From positions 8,804-72,803 of the forward strand of contig JAJRXF010000180.1 in assembly GCA_024276425.1 (NCBI GenBank): a stretch of DNA of 64,000 nt. The letters run 5' to 3'. The first letter of the stretch is position 1. Each line of letters starts with the position of its first letter. Source of the DNA: Actinomycetes bacterium (GTDB lineage Bacteria > Actinomycetota > Acidimicrobiia > Acidimicrobiales > SZUA-35). The notes beneath the pieces were generated by a model. It ran no database searches and was not told the DNA's origin. It saw only the letters and a list, made by a program, of their open reading frames with translations. This document shows, in pieces, positions 50,873 to 58,567 of this stretch. The translations under genes and the position numbers were made by a program.

Positions 50873-51697
50873 CTACAGGAGGAGCAACCAGAGCGGGCCA
50901 GCCAAAAGAAGAGAGTCCAGTCGACGCAATCCAGGAGCCCAAGCGTCGCCACGGGGCAAGATTGCCGAACCAAAGATCTGACCCAGCGGACAGCAGGCGG
51001 CAGTCAGGATCGAGAAACTGATGGCGCTGGGACCATCGAAGGGAAGAGGTTTGGCCAAGGCCAATCCCGCGCCAACGACGGCCAAGACGGCTACCCCAGC
51101 AATGGGACCCTCCACCGCGTTGGCCGAGCCGCTCCCAACCAAATAGTCGCCGACCTCATACCCACTAACCAACAAGAACAGAGCAATGGCCGCACCAACT
51201 CCGCGACCAGTTAAAACGATGAGGGAACCCGCAGCCAGTCCCACCGGTAGGGAAGAACGCACCAAGACCCCAGCAAAGCGGGTTACGTCCTGGTCGCTTT
51301 TGTGCAATACGCCAAGATGAGAGTAAGCCAATCCAGCAAAAGCGAGGACTACGACCCCCAGACCGAGGCCAAAGGTGCCAGCCAATCCGGATAGGGCGAG
51401 AACCGCCGCAAACAACGCACTAACTCGACGGTCCGAAGGAACATAACGAGACCAAGCGTGACCAGTCTGAAGTCCTGCAATCGCTGCTACTGGAACCACC
51501 ACGGCCGCCACCAACCACCCCGAGATCGACATGGCAACAACAATGGAGACGAACCACCCAACACTCAGACCAATAGTTGGCCTATCCATACGGTAGGGCA
51601 CGGCATAGCGATCACTCTTCCAGCGCTGTTCCCGATCTTGATTTCGACGGGCACCGACCTGCTTCTTGCGTTGCCTGCGAGTTGATGGGGTCGCCAT
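50873..51697 (-). CDS. Polytopic membrane protein, degenerate phosphatidate cytidylyltransferase-like
   Basis: About 8 TMs; YEVGDYLVG, VEG and RLDSLLLAGP resemble the CdsA C-terminal region. Confidence 0.6.
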   Translation of the reverse strand: MATPSTRRQRKKQVGARRNQDREQRWKSDRYAVPYRMDRPTIGLSVGWFVSIVVAMSISGWLVAAVVVPVAAIAGLQTGHAWSRYVPSDRRVSALFAAVLALSGLAGTFGLGLGVVVLAFAGLAYSHLGVLHKSDQDVTRFAGVLVRSSLPVGLAAGSLIVLTGRGVGAAIALFLLVSGYEVGDYLVGSGSANAVEGPIAGVAVLAVVGAGLALAKPLPFDGPSAISFSILTAACCPLGQIFGSAILPRGDAWAPGLRRLDSLLLAGPLWLLLL

Positions 51698-51706
51698 GGC
51701 CTGTGG

Positions 51707-51943
51707 TTATCCACCAGAGACCGGGGGCAGGACAGCTATCTCGTCTGCCGAACTAACGGCATCTTCCTCCAGTGCCGGATGACCATTCAGCCAAACCTTC
51801 GAACCGGCAAGGACAGCGGAGAACCCCTGGCCAAAGGCGCTCTCCGCTTGGCTCAAGATTTCTCCGACCGTTGACCCATCGAACTCAACGCTCTTGTTGC
51901 CAGCGGCCTCCCGGGCCTGAGCGAAAAGACGAAGAGTAGCCAC
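51707..51943 (-). CDS. MoaD/ThiS-family sulfur carrier (ubiquitin-like)
   Basis: LRLFAQAREAAG...DEIAVLPPVSGG with C-terminal GG. Confidence 0.9.
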   Translation of the reverse strand: MATLRLFAQAREAAGNKSVEFDGSTVGEILSQAESAFGQGFSAVLAGSKVWLNGHPALEEDAVSSADEIAVLPPVSGG

Positions 51944-52056
51944 GCCCCCAAGTTTAGACGCCTAGCAAGACATCCAGGACCCCAAATCTGTTCCCCATGT
52001 CCCGAATGCTTCCTCAACCTGTCTACTCGTTGGTTGACTGCCCTATGGTCAGGCAG

Positions 52057-52653
52057 ATGACTGATCTTCTCCTGACCCGCCATGGGCAATCGACATGGAA
52101 CGCGGAGGCGCGCTGGCAGGGTCAGGCAGATCCACCCCTGTCTAGCCAGGGCCGAGATCAGGCCTACTTTGCCGCACGGAGAGTTGGCATGGTCGATCTC
52201 ATCGCATCGTCCCCCCAGATTCGAGCCTTAGAGACAGCGACGATTATCGCCAGACACCTTGGTCTCGAACCCGTCATTGTGGTCGACGATCTTCGAGAAC
52301 GAGCAGCTGGGCCGTGGTCGGGGCTTACCCGTTCGGAGATTGACGAGAAATGGCCGGGCTGGGTCGAATCTGGAGAACGTCCTGAGGGCTATGAGCTGGA
52401 TGAACCTCTCTTTCAGCGGGTGGACGCTGCCCTGAAAAGGCTGGTTTCCGAATACCCGGTCGACTCTATGCTTGTCCTCTCCCACGGGGGAGTCATCAAG
52501 ACCATCGAAGAGCACCACGCCTGTTGGGAGGGTCGCATACCAAACTTGTCTGGTCGAGTTTTGCAGCACCGAAATCAGACGTGGACACTCGGGGATCAGA
52601 TTCGTTTGCTTGATGATGACCTGATGACCGGCGGGGATGGTGTGCGAGTGTGA
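52057..52653 (+). CDS. Histidine phosphatase (phosphoglycerate mutase family)
   Basis: RHGQSTWN, SSPQIRALETA, LRE, SHGG; start trimmed to ATG 52057. Confidence 0.92.
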   Translation: MTDLLLTRHGQSTWNAEARWQGQADPPLSSQGRDQAYFAARRVGMVDLIASSPQIRALETATIIARHLGLEPVIVVDDLRERAAGPWSGLTRSEIDEKWPGWVESGERPEGYELDEPLFQRVDAALKRLVSEYPVDSMLVLSHGGVIKTIEEHHACWEGRIPNLSGRVLQHRNQTWTLGDQIRLLDDDLMTGGDGVRV

Positions 52654-53249
52654 GTAACGACCCCCACCAGCTTCCGCTTACCTTCGCCCCACCCACATCC
52701 TCTTCGGGGTACTCAGGGGCTGAAGACCAATCCCAACCTGATCAACTACCGGACGAAATGTCGATCAAGGGCCTGGCTCCCGTAGACGTTATTCGCAGCG
52801 CCAGACGCAAAAAGTCTTCCCAAGCCCGGCTTATCAACGGCCGACTGGAAGTTCGAATCCCCGCCTGGTTCAACCACCAGCAAGAAATGGACACCGTCGA
52901 CTTTTTCTCAAAGAAGTTCGCCAAACGAAGCGCAACCACAGCCATCGATCTAGATAAACGGGTCGCCGTCCTGATTGCTCGCTACGGATTTCGACAGCCG
53001 GTGTCCATCCGATGGGTCTCGAATCAGGTTCACCGTTGGGGATCTTGCACTCCCGCACATGGATCGATCCGAATTTCTGATCGACTGGCCAACTATCCAG
53101 TCTGGGTCCTGGACTATGTGCTCTGTCATGAACTCGCTCACCTCACTCATTCAAATCACGGCAGGGAGTTCTGGGAATTGGTTGAGAACTATCCACTGAC
53201 GGAACGAGCCCGGGGTTTTCTGATGGCCAAAGGGCTATCAGAGGCCTAG
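52650..53249 (+). CDS. YgjP/DUF45-like metallopeptidase domain protein
   Basis: RWGSC, IRIS, DYVLCHELAHL, HGREFW. Confidence 0.85.
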   Translation: MSNDPHQLPLTFAPPTSSSGYSGAEDQSQPDQLPDEMSIKGLAPVDVIRSARRKKSSQARLINGRLEVRIPAWFNHQQEMDTVDFFSKKFAKRSATTAIDLDKRVAVLIARYGFRQPVSIRWVSNQVHRWGSCTPAHGSIRISDRLANYPVWVLDYVLCHELAHLTHSNHGREFWELVENYPLTERARGFLMAKGLSEA

Positions 53250-53318
53250 TTGGTGATCGAGGTAATTGGTGATCGAGGCAGAGACTCCAGATTGCACCAA
53301 GCAAAGTCGAATCCGACC

Positions 53319-53528
53319 CTAGGACAAGCCCTGTTTCGGCCGGTCCAGTTCAGCCAGGGTTTGATCAATCTGATCAAGGGAGACCGCTAAGGAATCAATG
53401 TCTGCCATGGTCGGAAGACTTCCAAGTCCTTCTGGGCGATCCAGGTCCTCAGGGTCTTGGTTCAACACAGGGTCTTGGTTCAACACAGGGTCTTGGTTCA
53501 ACACAGGGTCATGGTCAAATGAGGTCAC
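53319..53528 (-). CDS. Small acidic hypothetical protein with (DPVLNQ)3 repeat
   Basis: GTGA overlap with the upstream gene; C-terminal amphipathic helix LDQIDQTLAELD. Confidence 0.55.
   Translation of the reverse strand: MTSFDHDPVLNQDPVLNQDPVLNQDPEDLDRPEGLGSLPTMADIDSLAVSLDQIDQTLAELDRPKQGLS
53450..53510. repeat. 18-bp tandem repeat CAGGGTCTTGGTTCAACA x3 plus partial copy
   Basis: Exact copies at 53450, 53468, 53486; partial copy at 53504. Confidence 0.95.
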
Positions 53529-54625
53529 TGGCTAAGAGTATCTCGACCCACTGAAAGCCGCTGGCGGGCAAAAGTAACCGACAACGGATCGGTGACGTCA
53601 ATGACCTGGGCCGGTTCCTCCCCAAAAGGATCGAGAATCTCGACTGTTGACCCCTCCGGGTCCTCCCGAAGGTAGACCAGGCGCTGGCCGTCAAAGGAAA
53701 GCTGACTGATCTTCTGTCCGGCTCCGCCAATGGACAGATTGAACAGTTCCGCTTGGCTGGCCAGGTCCTCAGCGACGATCCTGGTCAGCGAGACGACCCC
53801 GTCGCTGCGGTAGCTCTGCTCGGTGTACACAACGCTGCTCCGGTCTGGACCGAGGGCAACCGCCCCATAGGCTGGTCGCCTCGCGACCACACAGGCTGGT
53901 CGACCAGGGCCACCGAGATCGACAAGTTCCCCAGACGAATTGAAAAACACCAGGTCTCCACAATTCTGATCGGACAGGACCACCGCATGGAGCCCATTGC
54001 TGGCCGACATATCGAGAAGGCTGCTGCCCTCTTCCAACCTCAGAAAAGGCACCCGCTCACCGGTTGTGAGACTGTAGGTATCAACCTGATCCCTACCAAC
54101 AAGAATGAGGGCATGAATGGCCGATGTCGCGTCCAGGAACCCGACGTCAAGCAACTGTCCGCCCGTTGAGTCCACCACAAGTGGTTCTCCCCCTTGGGCT
54201 CCAAACCATCGAATGTCACCCGAAGCTTCCTGCACAACAATTCCGCCATAAAAGTCGTCGACCAGTTTGGTTGCGATGGTGTCCCCGACGGGAGCAAGAA
54301 GTTCGGTGATGCCCAAGCCATCGTCGAGCACAAACAAGCCCGAGGGCGTCCCACCCAGAACTGAGGGCACATAGCCTTCTGGTCGAGGTGGGGCGAAGTC
54401 TCGAATGAGTGGCGAAAGAGGAACCGTTGCCTCCTCCGCTGGCGTGGCACCTTGGTCGGTACCAACGCTCGTGGTGACCGAAGTAACCGGATCCGCTCCA
54501 AGTTCTGGTTGCCCTATTTCCGCACACGCGCTGAGAGCAGCCAACCCAAACCCGGCCAACATGGCCATCCTCAGGCCGTTTCGTCGTGCGGAGGGCAAGG
54601 TCGTGCGAAGTAACATCACCGACAT
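53525..54625 (-). CDS. Putative lipoprotein, beta-propeller-like
   Basis: Lipobox LSAC after a hydrophobic stretch, Thr/Pro linker, beta-rich body; N-terminus trimmed because the longer ORF crosses the tRNA. Confidence 0.7.
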   Translation of the reverse strand: MSVMLLRTTLPSARRNGLRMAMLAGFGLAALSACAEIGQPELGADPVTSVTTSVGTDQGATPAEEATVPLSPLIRDFAPPRPEGYVPSVLGGTPSGLFVLDDGLGITELLAPVGDTIATKLVDDFYGGIVVQEASGDIRWFGAQGGEPLVVDSTGGQLLDVGFLDATSAIHALILVGRDQVDTYSLTTGERVPFLRLEEGSSLLDMSASNGLHAVVLSDQNCGDLVFFNSSGELVDLGGPGRPACVVARRPAYGAVALGPDRSSVVYTEQSYRSDGVVSLTRIVAEDLASQAELFNLSIGGAGQKISQLSFDGQRLVYLREDPEGSTVEILDPFGEEPAQVIDVTDPLSVTFARQRLSVGRDTLSQ

Positions 54626-54729
54626 GTTGCCACTGGACGTGGACCGACGGGAGCCGCGACCAAAAACTTCCTGAGCAATGTCAAGGGCCCATGGGCGTCG
54701 GCCGAGGCTTTGGCCGATAGCCTCGTCTC

Positions 54730-54804
54730 GCCCCTGTGGCGCAGTCTGGTTAGCGCAGTGGACTTTTAATCCATTGGTCGTGGGTTCGAATCCCACCGGG
54801 GGCA
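54730..54804 (+). tRNA. tRNA-Lys (anticodon UUU); CCA not encoded
   Basis: Acceptor GCCCCTG/CGGGGGC, anticodon stem GTGGA/TCCAT with loop CTTTTAA, T arm GTGGG-TTCGAAT-CCCAC. Confidence 0.97.
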
Positions 54805-54920
54805 CTGCATATGATTCCGCCCCGACGGGGTCGATTGAGACCGATTGCACCTCTCACACCTCACGAGCACCTAGAATTTCACAACACACCCATCGCTGAT
54901 CCACCGGGAGTCTGAACCTT

Positions 54921-55331
54921 ATGGCCAAACAGGTGCTAGAACTCGATACTCCGTTTCGAACTGGTGAGCGGGTCATTACCACTCGCGATCTTCGAGGTGC
55001 ACCAACCGGAACCCCCGGCAAGGTTCGGCTTGTGAATGGACTCTCCGATTCCGGCGGGGGCAACCCCTGGATTCGGTACTGGGTCCGATTCAATGATGGA
55101 CAGTTTCTCGGGCATATCGACCACGATGACCTGGTGCGACCAGCCCAGCTTGATGAGTGGAACGCCAGAATGACCCTACGAGAGGAACAGCAAAATCAAC
55201 CTGCGGTTGAGGTTGAGGAAGGGGCAGCGGCGTCCTTGGAGGCTCCCAGCGACGGGGGTGCAGTTGGCCTAATTCCAGCGGCTCTACTCGAACGAAGCCG
55301 AGCTGCCAAGGCCCGACTCTTGGGCGGGTGA
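54921..55331 (+). CDS. Small soluble protein: SH3-like N-terminal domain, acidic linker, C-terminal IPAALLERSRAAK peptide
   Basis: TAGAAT -10 and GGGAG RBS upstream; GTGA overlap with the next gene; pattern FRTGERV...GTPGKV...YWVRF...DDL. Confidence 0.8.
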   Translation: MAKQVLELDTPFRTGERVITTRDLRGAPTGTPGKVRLVNGLSDSGGGNPWIRYWVRFNDGQFLGHIDHDDLVRPAQLDEWNARMTLREEQQNQPAVEVEEGAAASLEAPSDGGAVGLIPAALLERSRAAKARLLGG

Positions 55332-56296
55332 TTCCTATCTTCACCCATCGAGAATTCCCTCCTCGTCAGCAATTTCTGGCCGCCGCAATTGTTGTCGTAC
55401 TGGTGGCCTCTGGGTGCTCTCAGGTTCAGTCGCCCAATGCCGCCACCCGGCCCCAGTCCACAACGACGCTTTCACCGACCACCACTGCAGCAGAGACCAC
55501 AGGCGCGGATGAGTCCCCCACAACGACCGCTGCTGACAACACCGATCAGCAAACAACGTCCTCCCAGAATGCTGGTAGCGACCCGACGGTTCCCGATACC
55601 GGTGAACTCCTAGGCGAACTCGAATTTTCCGTCGTTGGTCGTTTCCCCCATGACCCAGCCGCCTTCACGCAAGGTCTGGCTTTCGATCAGGGGGATCTGG
55701 TCGAAAGTGTCGGCTTATACGGTGAATCAGGGGTTCGACGCTACACCCCCGGATCGCCACCGTCAGCGGTCGAGGCTCTGGACGACGAGTTCTTTGGGGC
55801 CGGTATCGCCATTGTTGGAGACCAAGCCCTCCAACTGACCTGGCAAGAAGGTCGTGCCATCAGCCGCCAGGTCGACAATCTTGTCCCCTTGGAGAGCATT
55901 GGGTACTCCGGTGAGGGGTGGGGGCTTTGTTTTGACGGTGAACGTCTGATCATGAGCAATGGATCAACCAATCTCACCTTCCGTGACCCCAGCAGCTTCG
56001 AAGTTCTCGGCACGGTCGAAGTAACTCGAAATGGCCAGGTCGTTCCCAGGCTGAACGAACTGGAATGCGTCGAAGGATTCGTCTGGGCTAACGTTTGGCT
56101 GAGCAACGAAATCCTTCGCATCGACCCCAACAGCGGTGAGGTTGTTGCCTGGCTTGATGCTTCTTCCCTCGAACCTTCAGGCTTGTCTCAGGATGATGTT
56201 CTCAACGGGATCGCCTACTCGCCCCAAACCAACACCTACTTTCTCACCGGAAAGCGCTGGCCCCAACTATTCGAGGTCTCCATTGGTGCCCCCTGA
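55328..56296 (+). CDS. Glutaminyl-peptide cyclotransferase family lipoprotein (FGEG motif altered to FGAG)
   Basis: Lipobox ASGC, PHDPAAFTQGL, QLTW, GEGWGL, LNELE, ANVW, VLNGIAY, TGKRWP. Confidence 0.9.
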   Translation: MIPIFTHREFPPRQQFLAAAIVVVLVASGCSQVQSPNAATRPQSTTTLSPTTTAAETTGADESPTTTAADNTDQQTTSSQNAGSDPTVPDTGELLGELEFSVVGRFPHDPAAFTQGLAFDQGDLVESVGLYGESGVRRYTPGSPPSAVEALDDEFFGAGIAIVGDQALQLTWQEGRAISRQVDNLVPLESIGYSGEGWGLCFDGERLIMSNGSTNLTFRDPSSFEVLGTVEVTRNGQVVPRLNELECVEGFVWANVWLSNEILRIDPNSGEVVAWLDASSLEPSGLSQDDVLNGIAYSPQTNTYFLTGKRWPQLFEVSIGAP

Positions 56297-56355
56297 TCGC
56301 GCTGACCTCATCTGGGGTTGACACTGAGCCCACTCCCGGAGCAACCGCCGTTGCA

Positions 56356-57561
56356 TCAGGTCAGGTAGGACAGGGCAACTGCAGCATGACTAGCCACTCC
56401 AATGGCTAGGGCATCCTCGTCGAGCGTCATCCGATTGGAGTGACAGGCCGGAGCGACTCGGGCATCAAGCTCTGGGGGACAGACACCAAGAAATGCCATG
56501 CACCCGGGAACTTCCTGAAGCACATAGCTCCAATCTTCTGCCCCCATGACTGGGGCTGGCATGCGGAGTGTCTCGGTAATGACCCCGTCCAAAACCTCAA
56601 GAGTGTTGTCAACGAAATCCTTGTCGTTGACGGTTACCGGGTAGCCCCGATCAATGGTTACCTCAACCGTGCAATCATGAGCCGCTGCCACCCCCTCGGC
56701 AACCCGAACGATTGAGTCGTGGATGGCATCGCGAGTCGACTCCGAAACGGTTCGTAGCGTCCCTAACAAGGCGACCTCTTCGGGAATGACGTTGTAGGCA
56801 GTACCCCCCTGGATGCTGGCGACCGTCAGGACCCCAGGGTCAAAGATGTCAACCGTCCTTGTCATCATGGTCTGCAAGGCGATGACGATTTCGCATGCCA
56901 CTGGCACCGGATCCGCAGCCAAGAATGGTGACGAAGCATGGCCTCCCCGGCCGGTCACTTTGATGGCCACTTCATCAGCCGATGCCAACATTGCTCCAGC
57001 TCGCGTGGAAATCATCCCCGAAGGAAGATTCGGGGAGATGTGCAAAGCGAAGGCACCGTCGACCTTAGGTTCTTCGAGCACGCCTTCATCAATGGCATAC
57101 TTGGCTCCGAAGTACCCCTCCTCGCCAGGTTGAAAGAAGAACTTAACATTGCCCTGGAGTTCTGGCTGATGGGCGGCCAATAGCTGGGCTGCACCGACCA
57201 GCATGGCCACATGAGCATCATGACCGCAGGCGTGCATTCTCCCAGGGGCAGTACTGGCAAAATCCAGTCCGGTGTCTTCGGGCATTGGCAATGCATCCAT
57301 GTCTCCCCGAAGGAGCAAGGTTGGCCCCTCACTCGAGCCCTTGAGGGTGGCGACCACCATCGAGGTTTGGTCTCCGGTTGTGATCTCCAGATCCAATTCG
57401 GCTAAAGCCTCAAGAATCTTGGCCTGGGTCTTTGGAAGTTGCAGTCCAATTTCCGGTTCGGCGTGAATCCGGCGGCGTAGATCAACCACCTCCGAAAGCA
57501 GATCTCGGGCCTCGCCCAAAATCGCGTCACCGTCGAGCGCCGTTCTCCAATTCATCACCAT
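56356..57561 (-). CDS. M20D family amidohydrolase
   Basis: HAEPE, RGDMDALP, MHACGHD, FQPGEEG, GAEDW, CHS. Confidence 0.93.
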   Translation of the reverse strand: MVMNWRTALDGDAILGEARDLLSEVVDLRRRIHAEPEIGLQLPKTQAKILEALAELDLEITTGDQTSMVVATLKGSSEGPTLLLRGDMDALPMPEDTGLDFASTAPGRMHACGHDAHVAMLVGAAQLLAAHQPELQGNVKFFFQPGEEGYFGAKYAIDEGVLEEPKVDGAFALHISPNLPSGMISTRAGAMLASADEVAIKVTGRGGHASSPFLAADPVPVACEIVIALQTMMTRTVDIFDPGVLTVASIQGGTAYNVIPEEVALLGTLRTVSESTRDAIHDSIVRVAEGVAAAHDCTVEVTIDRGYPVTVNDKDFVDNTLEVLDGVITETLRMPAPVMGAEDWSYVLQEVPGCMAFLGVCPPELDARVAPACHSNRMTLDEDALAIGVASHAAVALSYLT

Positions 57562-57631
57562 TGTCCCAGTGTGGCAGGGAATGCAACGCAGCCGACCCGG
57601 AGATCGATAAAACGACCACTAGCGTGTCCCG

Positions 57632-58564
57632 ATGAGTTGGGAGAACTCGAGAACGAAGGTTACCGCGACGGCGGCTGCCCTAGCTGTTGTCCTGCTGACA
57701 GGAGCTTGTTCGCCTGCCATATCCGATGATCCCGAAGCTGGACAACTTCTGGCTACCCCGGCGACGACGACAAAACCGTCGAGTCAGACTCGCTCCGATA
57801 GCGATCTCGACCAGGCTGCCACCGATCAAAGAATCAGTGGGGACCCAACCCGCCTCGTTGGCAACCTTGCCGTCGAGGTCATCGATCAGATCGACCATCG
57901 CACAACCTCCTACGTGCAGGGCCTTGAGTTCTCCAACGGGCGCCTGCTCGAAAGCCAAGGAAGACGCGGGCTCTCTGCCCGCTCCTGGATCAACGCCGAA
58001 ACTGGCGAGGTCGAAGCCTTCGTTGCCCTGGAGGACGACACGCTATTTGGCGAGGGCATTACTCTGGTGGAAGGCCAATTTATTCAATTGACATGGCAAG
58101 CAGGACGGGCACTAACTGGGGACGGTGCCAGCCTGGCCGATCGGGGCCCCGACTTCACCTATGCGGGCGAGGGTTGGGGGCTGTGCTATGACGGCAAGCG
58201 TCTTATTCGAAGCGATGGTTCGAACACACTGACGTTCCATAACCCTATCGACTTCGCCGAACTCGGATCGATCGACATTGTCGACGCCAACGGGGTTCCC
58301 CAGGTGAACCTCAATGAGCTGGAGTGTGTCGGTAGTCAGGTTCTGGCCAACGTCTGGGGCTCTGAGCAGATCCTTGTAATTGACGCGTTCACCGGCAACC
58401 TCGATGCGGTCATTGATGCCAGCTCGCTCCGCCCTGCGGACACCCCCTTTGACCTCGATCACGCACTCAATGGCATCGCCTACGACTCCGAAACGGACAC
58501 CTACTTCCTGACTGGTAAGTTGTGGCCGACGATCTTTCGTGTCCGAATAGTCGACGGTGACTGA
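57632..58564 (+). CDS. Glutaminyl-peptide cyclotransferase family lipoprotein
   Basis: Lipobox TGAC, YVQGL, FGEG, QLTW, GEGWGL, LNELE, LNGIAY, TGKLWP. Confidence 0.9.
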   Translation: MSWENSRTKVTATAAALAVVLLTGACSPAISDDPEAGQLLATPATTTKPSSQTRSDSDLDQAATDQRISGDPTRLVGNLAVEVIDQIDHRTTSYVQGLEFSNGRLLESQGRRGLSARSWINAETGEVEAFVALEDDTLFGEGITLVEGQFIQLTWQAGRALTGDGASLADRGPDFTYAGEGWGLCYDGKRLIRSDGSNTLTFHNPIDFAELGSIDIVDANGVPQVNLNELECVGSQVLANVWGSEQILVIDAFTGNLDAVIDASSLRPADTPFDLDHALNGIAYDSETDTYFLTGKLWPTIFRVRIVDGD

Positions 58565-58567
58565 GCA

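Noticed and set aside
53450-53510. Possible CRISPR array
   Set aside because: Head-to-tail 18-bp copies without spacers, in frame within an ORF, and no cas genes
54626-54850. N-terminal 75 codons of the 441-aa ORF 53525..54850
   Set aside because: They overlap tRNA-Lys in antisense (VPPVGFEPTT is a tRNA shadow translation); the signal peptide and lipobox start downstream
54730-54920. tRNA-anchored genomic island
   Set aside because: No integrase and no duplicated tRNA 3' end noticed in the window
58500-58567. Rifamycin-inducible helR with an RAE element
   Set aside because: The gene starts 3 nt after the preceding stop codon and no RAE-like palindrome is visible, so no resistance call is made
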